DNA of 14,260 nucleotides from IMG/VR virus record IMGVR_UViG_2706794689_000016; one strand, 5' to 3'. The notes beneath the pieces were generated by a model. The model had not been told where the DNA came from. It did no database searches and was given only the letters and a program-made list of their open reading frames with translations. This stretch comes from a virus (lineage: Duplodnaviria; Heunggongvirae; Uroviricota; Caudoviricetes). Made by a program: the position numbers and the translations under genes. Shown one piece after another: positions 8,033 through 14,260 of this stretch (positions are counted from its first letter, which is position 1; every line of letters begins with the position of its first letter).

Positions 8033-8287
8033 ATGAACCAGAAAACACTTGAAGATGTAATCAAAACTGTTCGCGTTTCTGTTGTGGCCGACGTTTGTGG
8101 TGTCAGCCAAAGAGCAATCTACAAATGGATGGATAACGGAAAATTGCCTCGCACAGAATATACCGGCGAAACAAATTACGCTGAAAAAATCGCTCATGCA
8201 TCAAACGGATTATTTTCTGCTGATGTAATTTTAACTATTGGCAGAAATAAAACTACTACGAAAAAGCTGATGGGAGTTGATTCATGA
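8033..8287 (+). CDS. ydaS: YdaS, Cro-like small DNA-binding protein
   Basis: ATG 8033-8035 with GAGGGTG SD; product MNQKTLEDVIKTVRVSVVADVCGVSQRAIYKWMDNGKLPRTEYTGETNYAEKIAHASNGLF…; stop TGA overlaps the ydaT ATG (ATGA). Confidence 0.8.
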   Translation: MNQKTLEDVIKTVRVSVVADVCGVSQRAIYKWMDNGKLPRTEYTGETNYAEKIAHASNGLFSADVILTIGRNKTTTKKLMGVDS

Positions 8288-8710
8288 AAATCAAGCATGA
8301 GCACATCGAGTCAGTGTTGTTAGCCCTGGCAGCCGAAAAAGGGCAGGCATGGGTAGCCAATGCCATTACTGAAGAATATCTGCGCCAGGGGGGCGGCGAA
8401 TTGCCCCTGGTACCAGGCAAGGACTGGAATAATCAGCAGAATATCTATCACCGTTGGTTGAAAGGTGAAACGAAAACGCAAAGAGAAANNNNNNNNNNNN
8501 NNNNNNNNNNNNNNNNNNNNNNNNNNNNNNNNNNNNNNNNNNNNNNNNNNNNNNNNNNNNNNNNNNNNNNNNNNNNNNNNNNNNNNNNNNNNNNNNNNNN
8601 NNNNNNNNNNNNNNNNNNNNNNNNNNNNNNNNNNNNNNNNNNNNNNNNNNNNNNNNNNNNNNNNNNNNNNNNNNNNNNNNNNNNNNNNNNNNNNNNNNNN
8701 NNNNNNNNNN
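8284..8710 (+). CDS. ydaT: YdaT; 3' end lies in masked run 8489-8760, end coordinate estimated
   Basis: ATG 8284 with GGGAG SD 8 nt upstream, overlapping the ydaS stop; N-terminus MKIKHEHIESVLLALAAEKGQAWVANAITEEYLRQGGGELPLVPGKDWNNQQNIYHRWLKGETKTQRE recognisable as Rac YdaT. Confidence 0.7.
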
Positions 8711-8788
8711 NNNNNNNNNNNNNNNNNNNNNNNNNNNNNNNNNNNNNNNNNNNNNNNNNNCCACCGGGCAGCATCATACGGGGCAATT

Positions 8789-9595
8789 ATGGCCGCATTA
8801 CCATACATGCAACTGTACATAGCTGATTACCTGGCTGACACCATGCATTTGTCAGCAGAGGAGCATGGTGCGTATTTGTTGCTGATGTTCAATTACTGGC
8901 AAACAGGAAAGCCAATACCTAAAAACAGGCTGGCAAAAATTGCCCGTCTGACTAACGAGCGATGGGCTGATGTTGAACCATCCTTGCAGGAGTTTTTTTG
9001 CGATAACGGCGAGGAATGGGTGCATCTTCGGATTGAGGAAGATCTGGCATCAGTCAGGGAAAAATTAACCAAAAAATCAGCCGCAGGAAAAGCATCTGTT
9101 CAGGCCAGAAGAAGCAGAAAGGAAGCAGATGTTCAAACAAAACAAGAGAGAAATTTAACAGGTGTTCAAACAGATGTTGAAGTGGTGTTTGAACATGATG
9201 TCAACACAAAGGCAACTAATAAAGATACAGNNNNNNNNNNNNNNNNNNNNNNNNNNNNNNNNNNNNNNNNNNNNNNNNNNNNNNNNNNNNNNNNNNNNNN
9301 NNNNNNNNNNNNNNNNNNNNNNNNNNNNNNNNNNNNNNNNNNNNNNNNNNNNNNNNNNNNNNNNNNNNNNNNNNNNNNNNNNNNNNNNNNNNNNNNNNNN
9401 NNNNNNNNNNNNNNNNNNNNNNNNNNNNNNNNNNNNNNNNNNNNNNNNNNNNNNNNNNNNNNNNNNNNNNNNNNNNNNNNNNNNGAATACCAGGGCTTGT
9501 TCGCGCCGAAAGGTGTTCGACCTGAGACGTTACTCCGACAGGTTAACACCGTCTCGTTACCGGATAGTGCGATCCCGCCAGGCTTCAGGGGGTAA
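8789..9595 (+). CDS. ydaU: YdaU, DUF1376-family phage replication-associated protein (masked run 9231-9484 inside)
   Basis: ATG 8789 (MAALPYMQLYIADYLADTMHLSAEEHGAYLLLMFNYWQTGKPIPKNRLAKIARLTNERWADVEPSLQEFF…), C-terminus …EYQGLFAPKGVRPETLLRQVNTVSLPDSAIPPGFRG*, stop TAA 9593-9595. Start could lie further upstream inside the mask. Confidence 0.75.
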   Translation: MAALPYMQLYIADYLADTMHLSAEEHGAYLLLMFNYWQTGKPIPKNRLAKIARLTNERWADVEPSLQEFFCDNGEEWVHLRIEEDLASVREKLTKKSAAGKASVQARRSRKEADVQTKQERNLTGVQTDVEVVFEHDVNTKATNKDTXXXXXXXXXXXXXXXXXXXXXXXXXXXXXXXXXXXXXXXXXXXXXXXXXXXXXXXXXXXXXXXXXXXXXXXXXXXXXXXXXXXXXEYQGLFAPKGVRPETLLRQVNTVSLPDSAIPPGFRG

Positions 9596-9890
9596 CTGAC
9601 CATGAAAAATATTGCGACAGGCGACGTTCTTGAACGTATCCGCAGACTGGCCCCGTCACATGTAACCGCGCCATTCAAGACGGTAGCGGAGTGGCGCGAG
9701 TGGCAACTTTCCGAAGGCCAGAAACGTTGTGAGGAGATCAACCGTCAGAATCGTCAGTTGCGGGTGGAAAAAATTCTGAATCGCTCTGGCATCCAGCCAT
9801 TGCACCGCAAATGCTCGTTTTCGAATTACCAGGTGCAGAACGAAGCGCAGCGATACGCGTTGAGTCAGGCGAAATCCATCGCTGATGAAC
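9485..9890 (+). repeat. Direct repeat, copy 1 (ydaU 3' end + ydaV 5' part)
   Basis: Aligns to 10363-10445 and 10705-10757 in copy 2 with offsets of 878 and 867 nt; 5 of 83 positions differ in the ydaU-tail block and 6 of 53 in the ydaV block. Confidence 0.8.
9602..9890 (+). CDS. ydaV: DnaC/IstB-like replication protein YdaV, first copy: N-terminal 96 codons visible; possibly truncated or chimeric downstream
   Basis: ATG 9602, 6 nt after the ydaU stop; MKNIATGDVLERIRRLAPSHVTAPFKTVAEWREWQLSEGQKRCEEINRQNRQLRVEKILNRSGIQPLHRKCSFSNYQVQNEAQRYALSQAKSIADE then mask; sequence after the mask is a ydaU-like C-terminal segment, not the ydaV continuation. Confidence 0.5.
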
Positions 9891-10142
9891 NNNNNNNNNN
9901 NNNNNNNNNNNNNNNNNNNNNNNNNNNNNNNNNNNNNNNNNNNNNNNNNNNNNNNNNNNNNNNNNNNNNNNNNNNNNNNNNNNNNNNNNNNNNNNNNNNN
10001 NNNNNNNNNNNNNNNNNNNNNNNNNNNNNNNNNNNNNNNNNNNNNNNNNNNNNNNNNNNNNNNNNNNNNNNNNNNNNNNNNNNNNNNNNNNNNNNNNNNN
10101 NNNNNNNNNNNNNNNNNNNNNNNNNNNNNNNNNNNNNNNNNN

Positions 10143-10480
10143 TCGCCAAAAACGAGCGTCTAAAAAATTCGAGCCGGAGGCTATTGAGCTGCCCGATTGG
10201 TTGCCGGAAACACTCTGGCATGAGTGGGTCCGGTTCAGACAGGCATTGCGAAAACCGATTCGAACGGAGCAGGGCGCTAACGGGGCGATACGGGAACTGG
10301 AAAAATTCCGTCAGCAGGGTTTTACACCTGAGCAGGTGATTCGACACAGCATCGCCAATGAATACCAGGGCCTGTTCGCGCCGAAAGGTGTTCGGCCTGA
10401 GACGTTGCTCCGACAGGTTAACACCGTCTCGTTGCCGGACAGTGCNNNNNNNNNNNNNNNNNNNNNNNNNNNNNNNNNNN
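10143..10480 (+). CDS. Second copy of the YdaU C-terminal region (DUF1376 C-terminal segment); both ends masked, may be a gene fragment or part of a fusion
   Basis: Frame beginning at 10143 reads …RPKRASKKFEPEAIELPDWLPETLWHEWVRFRQALRKPIRTEQGANGAIRELEKFRQQGFTPEQVIRHSIANEYQGLFAPKGVRPETLLRQVNTVSLPDS…; its tail is identical in protein to the ydaU tail at 9485-9568. Confidence 0.5.
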
Positions 10481-10765
10481 NNNNNNNNNNNNNNNNNNNN
10501 NNNNNNNNNNNNNNNNNNNNNNNNNNNNNNNNNNNNNNNNNNNNNNNNNNNNNNNNNNNNNNNNNNNNNNNNNNNNNNNNNNNNNNNNNNNNNNNNNNNN
10601 NNNNNNNNNNNNNNNNNNNNNNNNNNNNNNNNNNNNNNNNNNNNNNNNNNNNNNNNNNNNNNNNNNNNNNNNNNNNNNNNNNNNNNNNNNNNNNNNNNNN
10701 NNNNGAACGACGGCCAGCGATACGCGTTAAGCCAGGCGAAATCCATCGCCGATGAACTGATGACC
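10363..10765 (+). repeat. Direct repeat, copy 2 (ydaU-like tail + ydaV-like segment)
   Basis: See copy 1; visible parts 10363-10445 and 10705-10757, interior masked by run 10446-10704. Confidence 0.8.
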
Positions 10766-11200
10766 GGGTGTACAAATTTTGCGTTCAGCGGAAAACCTGG
10801 TACCGGGAAGAATCACTTAGCGGCAGCTATCGGGAATCGCCTGCTGAAAGACGGTCAGACAGTGATTGTGGTTACCGTGGCTGATGTTATGAGCGCCCTG
10901 CACGCCAGCTATGACGACGGGCAGTCAGGCGAAAAATTTTTGCGGGAGCTGTGCGAAGTGGATCTGCTGGTTCTTGATGAAATTGGCATTCAGCGCGAGA
11001 CGAAAAACGAGCAGGTGGTGCTGCACCAGATTGTTGATCGCCGGACAGCGTCGATGCGCAGCGTGGGGATGCTGACAAACCTGAACTATGAGGCCATGAA
11101 AACNNNNNNNNNNNNNNNNNNNNNNNNNNNNNNNNNNNNNNNNNNNNNNNNNNNNNNNNNNNNNNNNNNNNNNNNNNNNNNNNNNNNNNNNNNNNNNNNN
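10470..11200 (+). CDS. ydaV: DnaC/IstB-like AAA+ helicase-loader (YdaV-like), second copy; Walker A and B present; both ends masked
   Basis: Visible 10705-11103: …NDGQRYALSQAKSIADELMTGCTNFAFSGKPGTGKNHLAAAIGNRLLKDGQTVIVVTVADVMSALHASYDDGQSGEKFLRELCEVDLLVLDEIGIQRETKNEQVVLHQIVDRRTASMRSVGMLTNLNYEAMKT; Walker A GKPGTGKN, Walker B LLVLDE. Start and end positions estimated. Confidence 0.6.
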
Positions 11201-11358
11201 NNNNNNNNNNNNNNNNNNNNNNNNNNNNNNNNNNNNNNNNNNNNNNNNNNNNNNNNNNNNNNNNNNNNNNNNNNNNNNNNNNNNNNNNNNNNNNNNNNNN
11301 NNNNNNNNNNNNNNNNNNNNNNNNNNNNNNNNNNNNNNNNNNNNNNNNNNNNNNNNNN

Positions 11359-11711
11359 ACGGTCGGGTCACGATTCGGCAGTTGTCAGATGAAACAGGTA
11401 TCAGTCGTGCGTCTGTCGGTCGCTTATGCATAGAACTGGTCGCAAGTGGTGATGTATATAATTCTGGCTACGGCTTATTCCCGTCTGAACAGGCTCGCAA
11501 GGACTGGCAAAGCGCCCGCAAAAAACTCTCGAGAGTAAAGGTGAGGAAACCGGTTGTTGTTGATCCGGACCTTATCTGGTCATTACCTGACGGAGAAATA
11601 CGCCGCTACGACAGGCGCCTGAATATAATCTGTCGCGAGTGCCGGAAGAGCGAAGCTATGCAGCGTGTACTGGCTTTCTATCAGGGTAATTTTCAGGAGG
11701 CGATACTGTGA
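11359..11711 (+). CDS. Putative helix-turn-helix DNA-binding protein of unknown function (5' end masked)
   Basis: Open frame from the mask edge: …GRVTIRQLSDETGISRASVGRLCIELVASGDVYNSGYGLFPSEQARKDWQSARKKLSRVKVRKPVVVDPDLIWSLPDGEIRRYDRRLNIICRECRKSEAMQRVLAFYQGNFQEAIL*, stop TGA 11709-11711; HTH-like stretch TIRQLSDETGISRASVGRL. Confidence 0.55.
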
Positions 11712-11768
11712 ATGAAATTAGCTATCAGGCTTCAATTACCGCTGGCATTCGCATCAAAGGAGAGGAGC

Positions 11769-12125
11769 ATGGAAATAAAACCAGAAGATGAGTTAAGCAA
11801 TATCGTTTTATTTCCGGTAAAAGAGGATGACCCTCGTAATCAGGTTAATTTTCTTTATGAGCCATCGGAAAGACCATATTGCCATCACGCCTCTGTACGG
11901 GTTGACGAAAAAGAGCGTCAGGTCCGCTGTAAAATCTGCGGTGCGGTTGTGGAGCCGTTTGACTGGATGCTCTCTGTGGCAAAAAGAGAAACCAGACTGG
12001 CAGATGATGTAAGGCTATTGCGCCAGGAGGAACAGGAAAGGCGGAGAAATATAGAAAAGCTGATACAGATTGAGCGTAACGCGAAAGCGCGGATACGCAG
12101 GGCGACAAAATCCAGAACTGAATAA
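11769..12125 (+). CDS. Hypothetical protein with C-H-H…CxxC zinc-ribbon-like motif and basic coiled-coil C-terminus
   Basis: ATG 11769 preceded by strong SD AAGGAGAGGAG; 118 aa MEIKPEDELSNIVLFPVKEDDPRNQVNFLYEPSERPYCHHASVRVDEKERQVRCKICGAVVEPFDWMLSVAKRETRLADDVRLLRQEEQERRRNIEKLIQIERNAKARIRRATKSRTE; the longer track ORF from 11712 lacks an SD. Confidence 0.6.
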   Translation: MEIKPEDELSNIVLFPVKEDDPRNQVNFLYEPSERPYCHHASVRVDEKERQVRCKICGAVVEPFDWMLSVAKRETRLADDVRLLRQEEQERRRNIEKLIQIERNAKARIRRATKSRTE

Positions 12126-12272
12126 TTAAATTTAGCACTGTTAAAAATTTAATCCTTAACCGGAGGGATTTCTGCACCCTCAAATCATCAGGAGACCACC
12201 CGAAAGGGCGGGGAGCAGTCACACATCTGTTTCCGATAGCCCCGTTCTAATGCTACACTCTTTGATATTTTT

Positions 12273-12959
12273 ATGACCCCAATAAACATATTTATGACAG
12301 TTGCTGATTTCAAACGGCCCAAATTGGAGCTCCCAAACGGGGCAAACAAACTACTACTGCACTCTTGCTGTGCTCCATGTTCCGGTGAGGTGATGGAGGC
12401 GCTTCAGGCCTCGGGAATCGACTACACCATCTTTTTCTACAACCCGAACATTCATCCTCAGAAAGAGTATTTAATTCGTAAGGATGAGAATATTCGCTTT
12501 GCTGAACAACACGGCGTGCCGTTTATTGATGCTGATTACGACACAGACAACTGGTTTGAACGAGCCAAAGGAATGGAATGGGAGCCCGAACGAGGGATCC
12601 GTTGCACCATGTGTTTTGACATGCGTTTTGAGCGGACAGCGCTGTACGCCGCTGAAAATGGTTTCAGTGTGATCAGCAGTTCACTGGGCATTTCACGCTG
12701 GAAAAATATGCAGCAGGTTAACGACTGTGGGCGGCGAGCCGTCGCGCATTATCCGGGCATGGTGTACTGGGATTATAACTGGCGCAAGCAGGGCGGCTCG
12801 TCCCGTATGATTGAAATCAGCAAGCGCGAAAAATTCTATCAGCAGGAATATTGTGGCTGTGTGTATTCTCTGCGCGATACCAATCTACACCGCAAATCTC
12901 AGGGACGCCCTCTTATCAAAATTGGTCAACTCCACTACGGTAAAGAAGAGAAGGAGTGA
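12273..12959 (+). CDS. queH: QueH-like (DUF208) epoxyqueuosine reductase homologue, prophage cargo gene
   Basis: 228-aa ORF with motifs I associate with DUF208/QueH: [11 protein letters not shown] near the N-terminus, [12 protein letters not shown] in the middle and [11 protein letters not shown] near the C-terminus. Start is ATG 12273 or 12294; neither has an SD. Assignment is from motif memory, not a search. Confidence 0.7.
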   Translation: MTPINIFMTVADFKRPKLELPNGANKLLLHSCCAPCSGEVMEALQASGIDYTIFFYNPNIHPQKEYLIRKDENIRFAEQHGVPFIDADYDTDNWFERAKGMEWEPERGIRCTMCFDMRFERTALYAAENGFSVISSSLGISRWKNMQQVNDCGRRAVAHYPGMVYWDYNWRKQGGSSRMIEISKREKFYQQEYCGCVYSLRDTNLHRKSQGRPLIKIGQLHYGKEEKE

Positions 12960-12963
12960 TTTT

Positions 12964-13236
12964 ATGGGGCACCTTTCTGATNNNNNNNNNNNNNNNNNNN
13001 NNNNNNNNNNNNNNNNNNNNNNNNNNNNNNNNNNNNNNNNNNNNNNNNNNNNNNNNNNNNNNNNNNNNNNNNNNNNNNNNNNNNNNNNNNNNNNNNNNNN
13101 NNNNNNNNNNNNNNNNNNNNNNNNNNNNNNNNNNNNNNNNNNNNNNNNNNNNNNNNNNNNNNNNNNNNNNNNNNNNNNNNNNNNNNNNNNNNNNNNNNNN
13201 NNNNNNNNNNNNNNNNNNNNNNNNNNNNNNNAGTGA
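12964..13236 (+). CDS. Hypothetical protein, almost entirely inside masked run 12982-13231
   Basis: ATG 12964 (MGHLSD…) placed 7 nt after AAGGAG and 5 nt after the queH stop, so probably co-transcribed with queH; end is estimated from the first in-frame stop after the mask. Confidence 0.4.
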   Translation: MGHLSDXXXXXXXXXXXXXXXXXXXXXXXXXXXXXXXXXXXXXXXXXXXXXXXXXXXXXXXXXXXXXXXXXXXXXXXXXXXXXXXXXXXX

Positions 13237-13339
13237 CGGCACTGGTAACGAGGAAAGACCTCTGTGAGGTACGAATCCGAACCGGCCAGACGGAGGTCGC
13301 TGTCTTCGTAGACTACGAATCCAGGAAGTAAGAGTGACC

Positions 13340-13367
13340 GGGCGGGGAGCTGATCCCATCCCCGCCC
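13340..13367. other. GC-rich 9-bp stem-loop in non-coding DNA
   Basis: GGGCGGGGA - GCTGATCCCA - TCCCCGCCC; no adjoining U-tract on either strand. Confidence 0.5.
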
Positions 13368-13406
13368 ACCTCTGATGTGTCAGGCATCCTCAACGCACCC
13401 GCACTT

Positions 13407-13460
13407 AACCCGCCCATCGCTGTGATCTCTCAGCGTTTCGGCGGGTTTTTTGTTGTTTAT
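13407..13460 (+). terminator. Candidate rho-independent terminator (plus strand) in the nin-like region
   Basis: AACCCGCC (13407-13414) pairs with GGCGGGTT (13440-13447); 25-nt loop contains an inner CGCTG/CAGCG stem; followed directly by TTTTTTGTTGTTTATTT. Confidence 0.5.
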
Positions 13461-13471
13461 TTCCGGTGAAT

Positions 13472-13499
13472 TTGATTCGCGCACCTTCGCAGATAGAAT
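13472..13499 (+). promoter_or_regulatory. Candidate sigma70 promoter for the 95-aa ORF and the DUF1367 gene
   Basis: TTGATT (13472-13477) - 16 nt - TAGAAT (13494-13499), immediately downstream of the terminator-like hairpin. Confidence 0.45.
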
Positions 13500-13580
13500 C
13501 GACTCACTTAAGTAGCGCGCAGGGAGAAGAGGGATGGACCCCGAACAGGGGAGAGCTATTTATCTGGAAGGATTCTGAAG

Positions 13581-13868
13581 ATGAAAATCGAAGAATTGCG
13601 TGAAATTTTTAGTGAAAATGGCCTCTATGCTGTGCGCGTTGAGAATGGAGCGATTGTCAGCCATTGCCGCATTAGATGTTTGCAATCTCAACAAAGGAAG
13701 AGCGGTGCTGTGTTATTTTATTTTTGTAATGGACTTCTGACGGACGGTTTTATTTTGCGTGAGGACGAATTTGTCACATCATTACGGGTTTTGAAAGAGA
13801 TTGGTTTTAAGGCTGGTTTTCTGCTTTTGCTGAAGAATAAACTCATCTACAATCTTGAGCAGGATTGA
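13581..13868 (+). CDS. Hypothetical 95-aa protein
   Basis: ATG 13581 with GGAAGGA SD 8 nt upstream and a promoter-like TTGATT-N16-TAGAAT upstream; MKIEELREIFSENGLYAVRVENGAIVSHCRIRCLQSQQRKSGAVLFYFCNGLLTDGFILREDEFVTSLRVLKEIGFKAGFLLLLKNKLIYNLEQD; no family recognised. Confidence 0.5.
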   Translation: MKIEELREIFSENGLYAVRVENGAIVSHCRIRCLQSQQRKSGAVLFYFCNGLLTDGFILREDEFVTSLRVLKEIGFKAGFLLLLKNKLIYNLEQD

Positions 13869-13906
13869 ACTCCTGCTGTGTAACACCGTGCCACCGGAGA
13901 AAGCCG

Positions 13907-14260
13907 ATGGCACATATACAACTGGTCAAACAAACCTCTTCCGGATTACTTCTCCCGGCGACGCCGGAGAGTTGCGATTTTCTGCATCAAATCAAAATAG
14001 GTGAGTGGATACACGCAGACTTTAAGCGTGTGTGTAACTACGCATTCCACAAGCGTTTTTTCAAACTCCTGCAACTGGGTTTCGATTACTGGACTCCGGT
14101 CGGTGGGGCGATCACGCCTCGCGAACGAAAACTGGTGTCCGGTTTCGTTGATTACCTGTGTGAATCAGTAGGCCGGGAACATACGCCAGCTCTGAGCGAA
14201 GCCGCAGAGCAATTGAGGTGTACTGGCAATAGCGGACACTACCATTTGTTCTTTTTTTAA
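13907..14260 (+). CDS. DUF1367 (YbcN-like) nin-region protein, 3' end beyond the window
   Basis: ATG 13907 with GGAG 8 nt upstream; MAHIQLVKQTSSGLLLPATPESCDFLHQIKIGEWIHADFKRVCNYAFHKRFFKLLQLGFDYWTPVGGAITPRERKLVSGFVDYL… resembles my recollection of DLP12 YbcN; the track ORF start at 13865 is a TTG extension. Confidence 0.65.
   Translation: MAHIQLVKQTSSGLLLPATPESCDFLHQIKIGEWIHADFKRVCNYAFHKRFFKLLQLGFDYWTPVGGAITPRERKLVSGFVDYLCESVGREHTPALSEAAEQLRCTGNSGHYHLFFF

Larger units (their letters stand above)
1..14260. mobile_element. Rac-type lambdoid prophage segment (integration/recombination arm, immunity region, replication module, nin-like accessory region)
   Basis: Gene content and order intR-xisR-ralR-recT-recE-racC-ydaE-kilR-sieB-ydaF-ydaG-racR-ydaS-ydaT-ydaU-ydaV recognised from the translated ORFs; matches the E. 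coli K-12 Rac layout up to ydaV, after which content differs from what I recall for K-12. Confidence 0.85.

Noticed and set aside
9602-10339. 245-aa ORF read as an intact ydaV
   Set aside because: After the mask this frame is an out-of-frame reading of the ydaU-like segment (nonsense peptide); only the first 96 codons are ydaV, so it was called as an N-terminal copy only.
11712-11768. Longer 137-aa form of the Zn-ribbon ORF starting at ATG 11712
   Set aside because: No SD at 11712, whereas ATG 11769 has a near-consensus AAGGAGAGGAG; the shorter form was called.
13265-13325. tRNA or tRNA fragment suggested by two TACGAATCC motifs resembling a T-loop
   Set aside because: The canonical T54 position is A, and no acceptor stem, D-arm or anticodon arm could be folded around either copy; kept only as a direct-repeat observation.

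Overview
This window is a segment of a Rac-type lambdoid prophage, as found in Escherichia coli/Shigella genomes. All calls come from reading the translated ORFs and the DNA by eye; no database search was run. Twelve N-runs of 250-272 nt mask parts of many genes, and reading frames do not carry across them, so several gene ends are approximate. From the left, on the minus strand: intR (3' end runs off the window), xisR, the ralR toxin gene, the translationally coupled recT/recE pair, racC, ydaE and kilR. Then sieB (plus) converges on ydaF/ydaG (minus), followed by the cI-like repressor racR (minus) facing the cro-like ydaS-ydaT operon (plus). Rightward come the replication genes ydaU and ydaV, then a nin-like accessory region with an HTH protein, a Zn-ribbon protein, a QueH-like (DUF208) gene, small unknown ORFs and the start of a DUF1367 (YbcN-like) gene. 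The most notable observations are: (1) a diverged direct repeat of about 0.87 kb that repeats the ydaU 3' end and ydaV 5' part, with only synonymous differences in the ydaU portion; (2) a queH-like tRNA-modification gene carried as prophage cargo; (3) an ATGTACT motif recurring on both sides of racR, suggesting OL/OR-like operators; (4) a minus-strand terminator-like hairpin between the immunity region and kilR, plus further strong stem-loops between racC/recE and recT/ralR. No CRISPR array, rRNA or convincing tRNA was seen.
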